Assembly: GCA_964408775.1 (NCBI GenBank)
Contig: CAYPAP010000001.1
Span: forward strand, 225,839-289,838
Reading direction: 5' to 3'
Source of the DNA: an uncultured Gammaproteobacteria bacterium
Lineage (GTDB): Bacteria > Patescibacteriota > Patescibacteriia > Patescibacteriales > UBA12465
Length of the DNA: 64,000 nucleotides
The translations under genes and the position numbers were made by a program. Below are positions 63,259 to 64,000 of the stretch, in pieces (positions within the stretch are counted from its first letter, which is position 1; each line of letters begins with the position of its first letter). The notes under the pieces are model-generated. The model saw only the letters and a list, made by a program, of their open reading frames with translations, was not told the DNA's origin and ran no database searches.

Positions 63259-63921
63259 TCAGTTTTGCGAAGCAAACGCCGAAACTGAACCAAAGTTAGC
63301 GCTGGCAAAGAACACATCGCACGCGTCGAACTCAAGCTCGCCATCGCTGGAGTAGAAGAGCGGAGCCTCCGAGAACACGCCATCAGCATCAGGAGCAAAT
63401 TCGTCACCTGCACAATCGACATCAAGTTCCTCCCAACAAACGTAACGATCGGGGTGAACCAATGACATACAGCCAAGAGCAAATGTTCCTAAGCCGAATT
63501 CGTTGCTTGCGAAGGTTTCCCTTGCTCTGCGAACGGATTTGCCACGGTGACGCATGCCGTGTTGTGCTGCGATAATCAGAATATCACCCCGTTGTTCGGC
63601 TTCCAGATGTTCCAGGAAGCCAACAGTACGAATATGCTGGCGCAATTTGCTCGGCACAATTTCACCGTTGTAGTAGTTTATAAAACTACGACTTTCGGCT
63701 AACTTCGTTTGTACCAGTTTTACTGCTTCGCAATACTGCTCAGCAGAATCGGTAATCTCAGGAAAATGTTTCTTTGCAACCGATGATACTTTTGGAATAG
63801 CGAACCATCCTTCAGCACCTTCAGGTAATGCGGGTAACACTTTGCTAAACTCCAATGCTTGTGTCGGATCAAGTCCGAACTTTTCGGCAATGAATTTTAC
63901 CTGTTCTTCGATCGGTTTCAT
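63259..63921 (-). CDS. hypothetical protein encoded in a sharply GC-rich segment
   Basis: Long ORF. The preferred start is the ATG at 63921 (MKPIEEQ), preceded by AAGGAA. Codon composition is unlike the rest of the window. No family recognised. Confidence 0.55.
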   Translation of the reverse strand: MKPIEEQVKFIAEKFGLDPTQALEFSKVLPALPEGAEGWFAIPKVSSVAKKHFPEITDSAEQYCEAVKLVQTKLAESRSFINYYNGEIVPSKLRQHIRTVGFLEHLEAEQRGDILIIAAQHGMRHRGKSVRRARETFASNEFGLGTFALGCMSLVHPDRYVCWEELDVDCAGDEFAPDADGVFSEAPLFYSSDGELEFDACDVFFASANFGSVSAFASQN

Positions 63922-64000
63922 CTTGTATTCCTTTGGGTAGGCATAGCTTGAGCTTACCACCTCATTGGCATACTGGTTTGAAGTCGAATGCTTTTGAATC

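Noticed and set aside
63237-63482. 81-aa minus-strand ORF
   Set aside because: It is an alternative frame nested in the longer GC-rich ORF 63259-63921.
1-64000. CRISPR arrays, rRNA genes, IS elements or transposases, and alternative genetic code (UGA recoding)
   Set aside because: No regularly spaced direct repeats were found in any non-coding gap. No rRNA-like GC-rich blocks and no transposase motifs were found. All conserved genes read through with the standard code and include ordinary TGA stops.

Overview
This is a gene-dense, low-GC bacterial chromosome segment, with most genes on the minus strand. Hand-counted 60-nt lines give about 18-30% GC. All long ORFs read with the standard genetic code. 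The gene content fits a reduced, fermentative, Patescibacteria/CPR-like organism, but that assignment is an inference. Core content: pyruvate:ferredoxin oxidoreductase subunits plus an ADP-forming acetyl-CoA synthetase; a class III RNR cluster (nrdR-nrdD-nrdG); an hrcA-grpE-hsp20-dnaK-dnaJ operon with a perfect CIRCE operator; and cell division and envelope genes (ftsE, ftsX, murJ, an LCP protein, a DD-carboxypeptidase, a GT2 synthase, an M23 peptidase). Housekeeping genes include lepA, recJ, rnhA, xth, rsmA, der, glmS, gpmA, tatD and yebC. Three tRNAs were folded by hand: Gln-UUG, Ala-UGC and Pro-GGG. No rRNA, CRISPR array or transposase was seen.

Accessory and unusual content:
1. An ~8.2 kb island is integrated in the 3' end of tRNA-Ala. 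It is bounded by an exact 18-bp direct repeat and carries a large serine recombinase. Its cargo is a six-gene operon packed tightly (-4 to +4 nt junctions): MazG/DCTPP1-like pyrophosphohydrolase, HNH nuclease, a 64-aa ORF, an excisionase-type HTH, a C5-methyltransferase and a PD-(D/E)xK nuclease. Several unknown genes are also present.
2. A third, degenerate att-like repeat and a GC-rich, hairpin-dense ~165-nt segment lie at the island's right end.
3. nrdD appears split, with its glycyl-radical tail encoded as a separate 51-codon minigene.
4. porA and porB are separated and followed by two paralogous Cys-rich, pilin-like two-TM proteins. One of these carries a VanY/M15-type peptidase domain.
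5. A higher-GC segment next to tRNA-Gln contains a frameshifted, truncated guaB relic.
6. A sharply GC-rich gene runs toward the right edge of the window.
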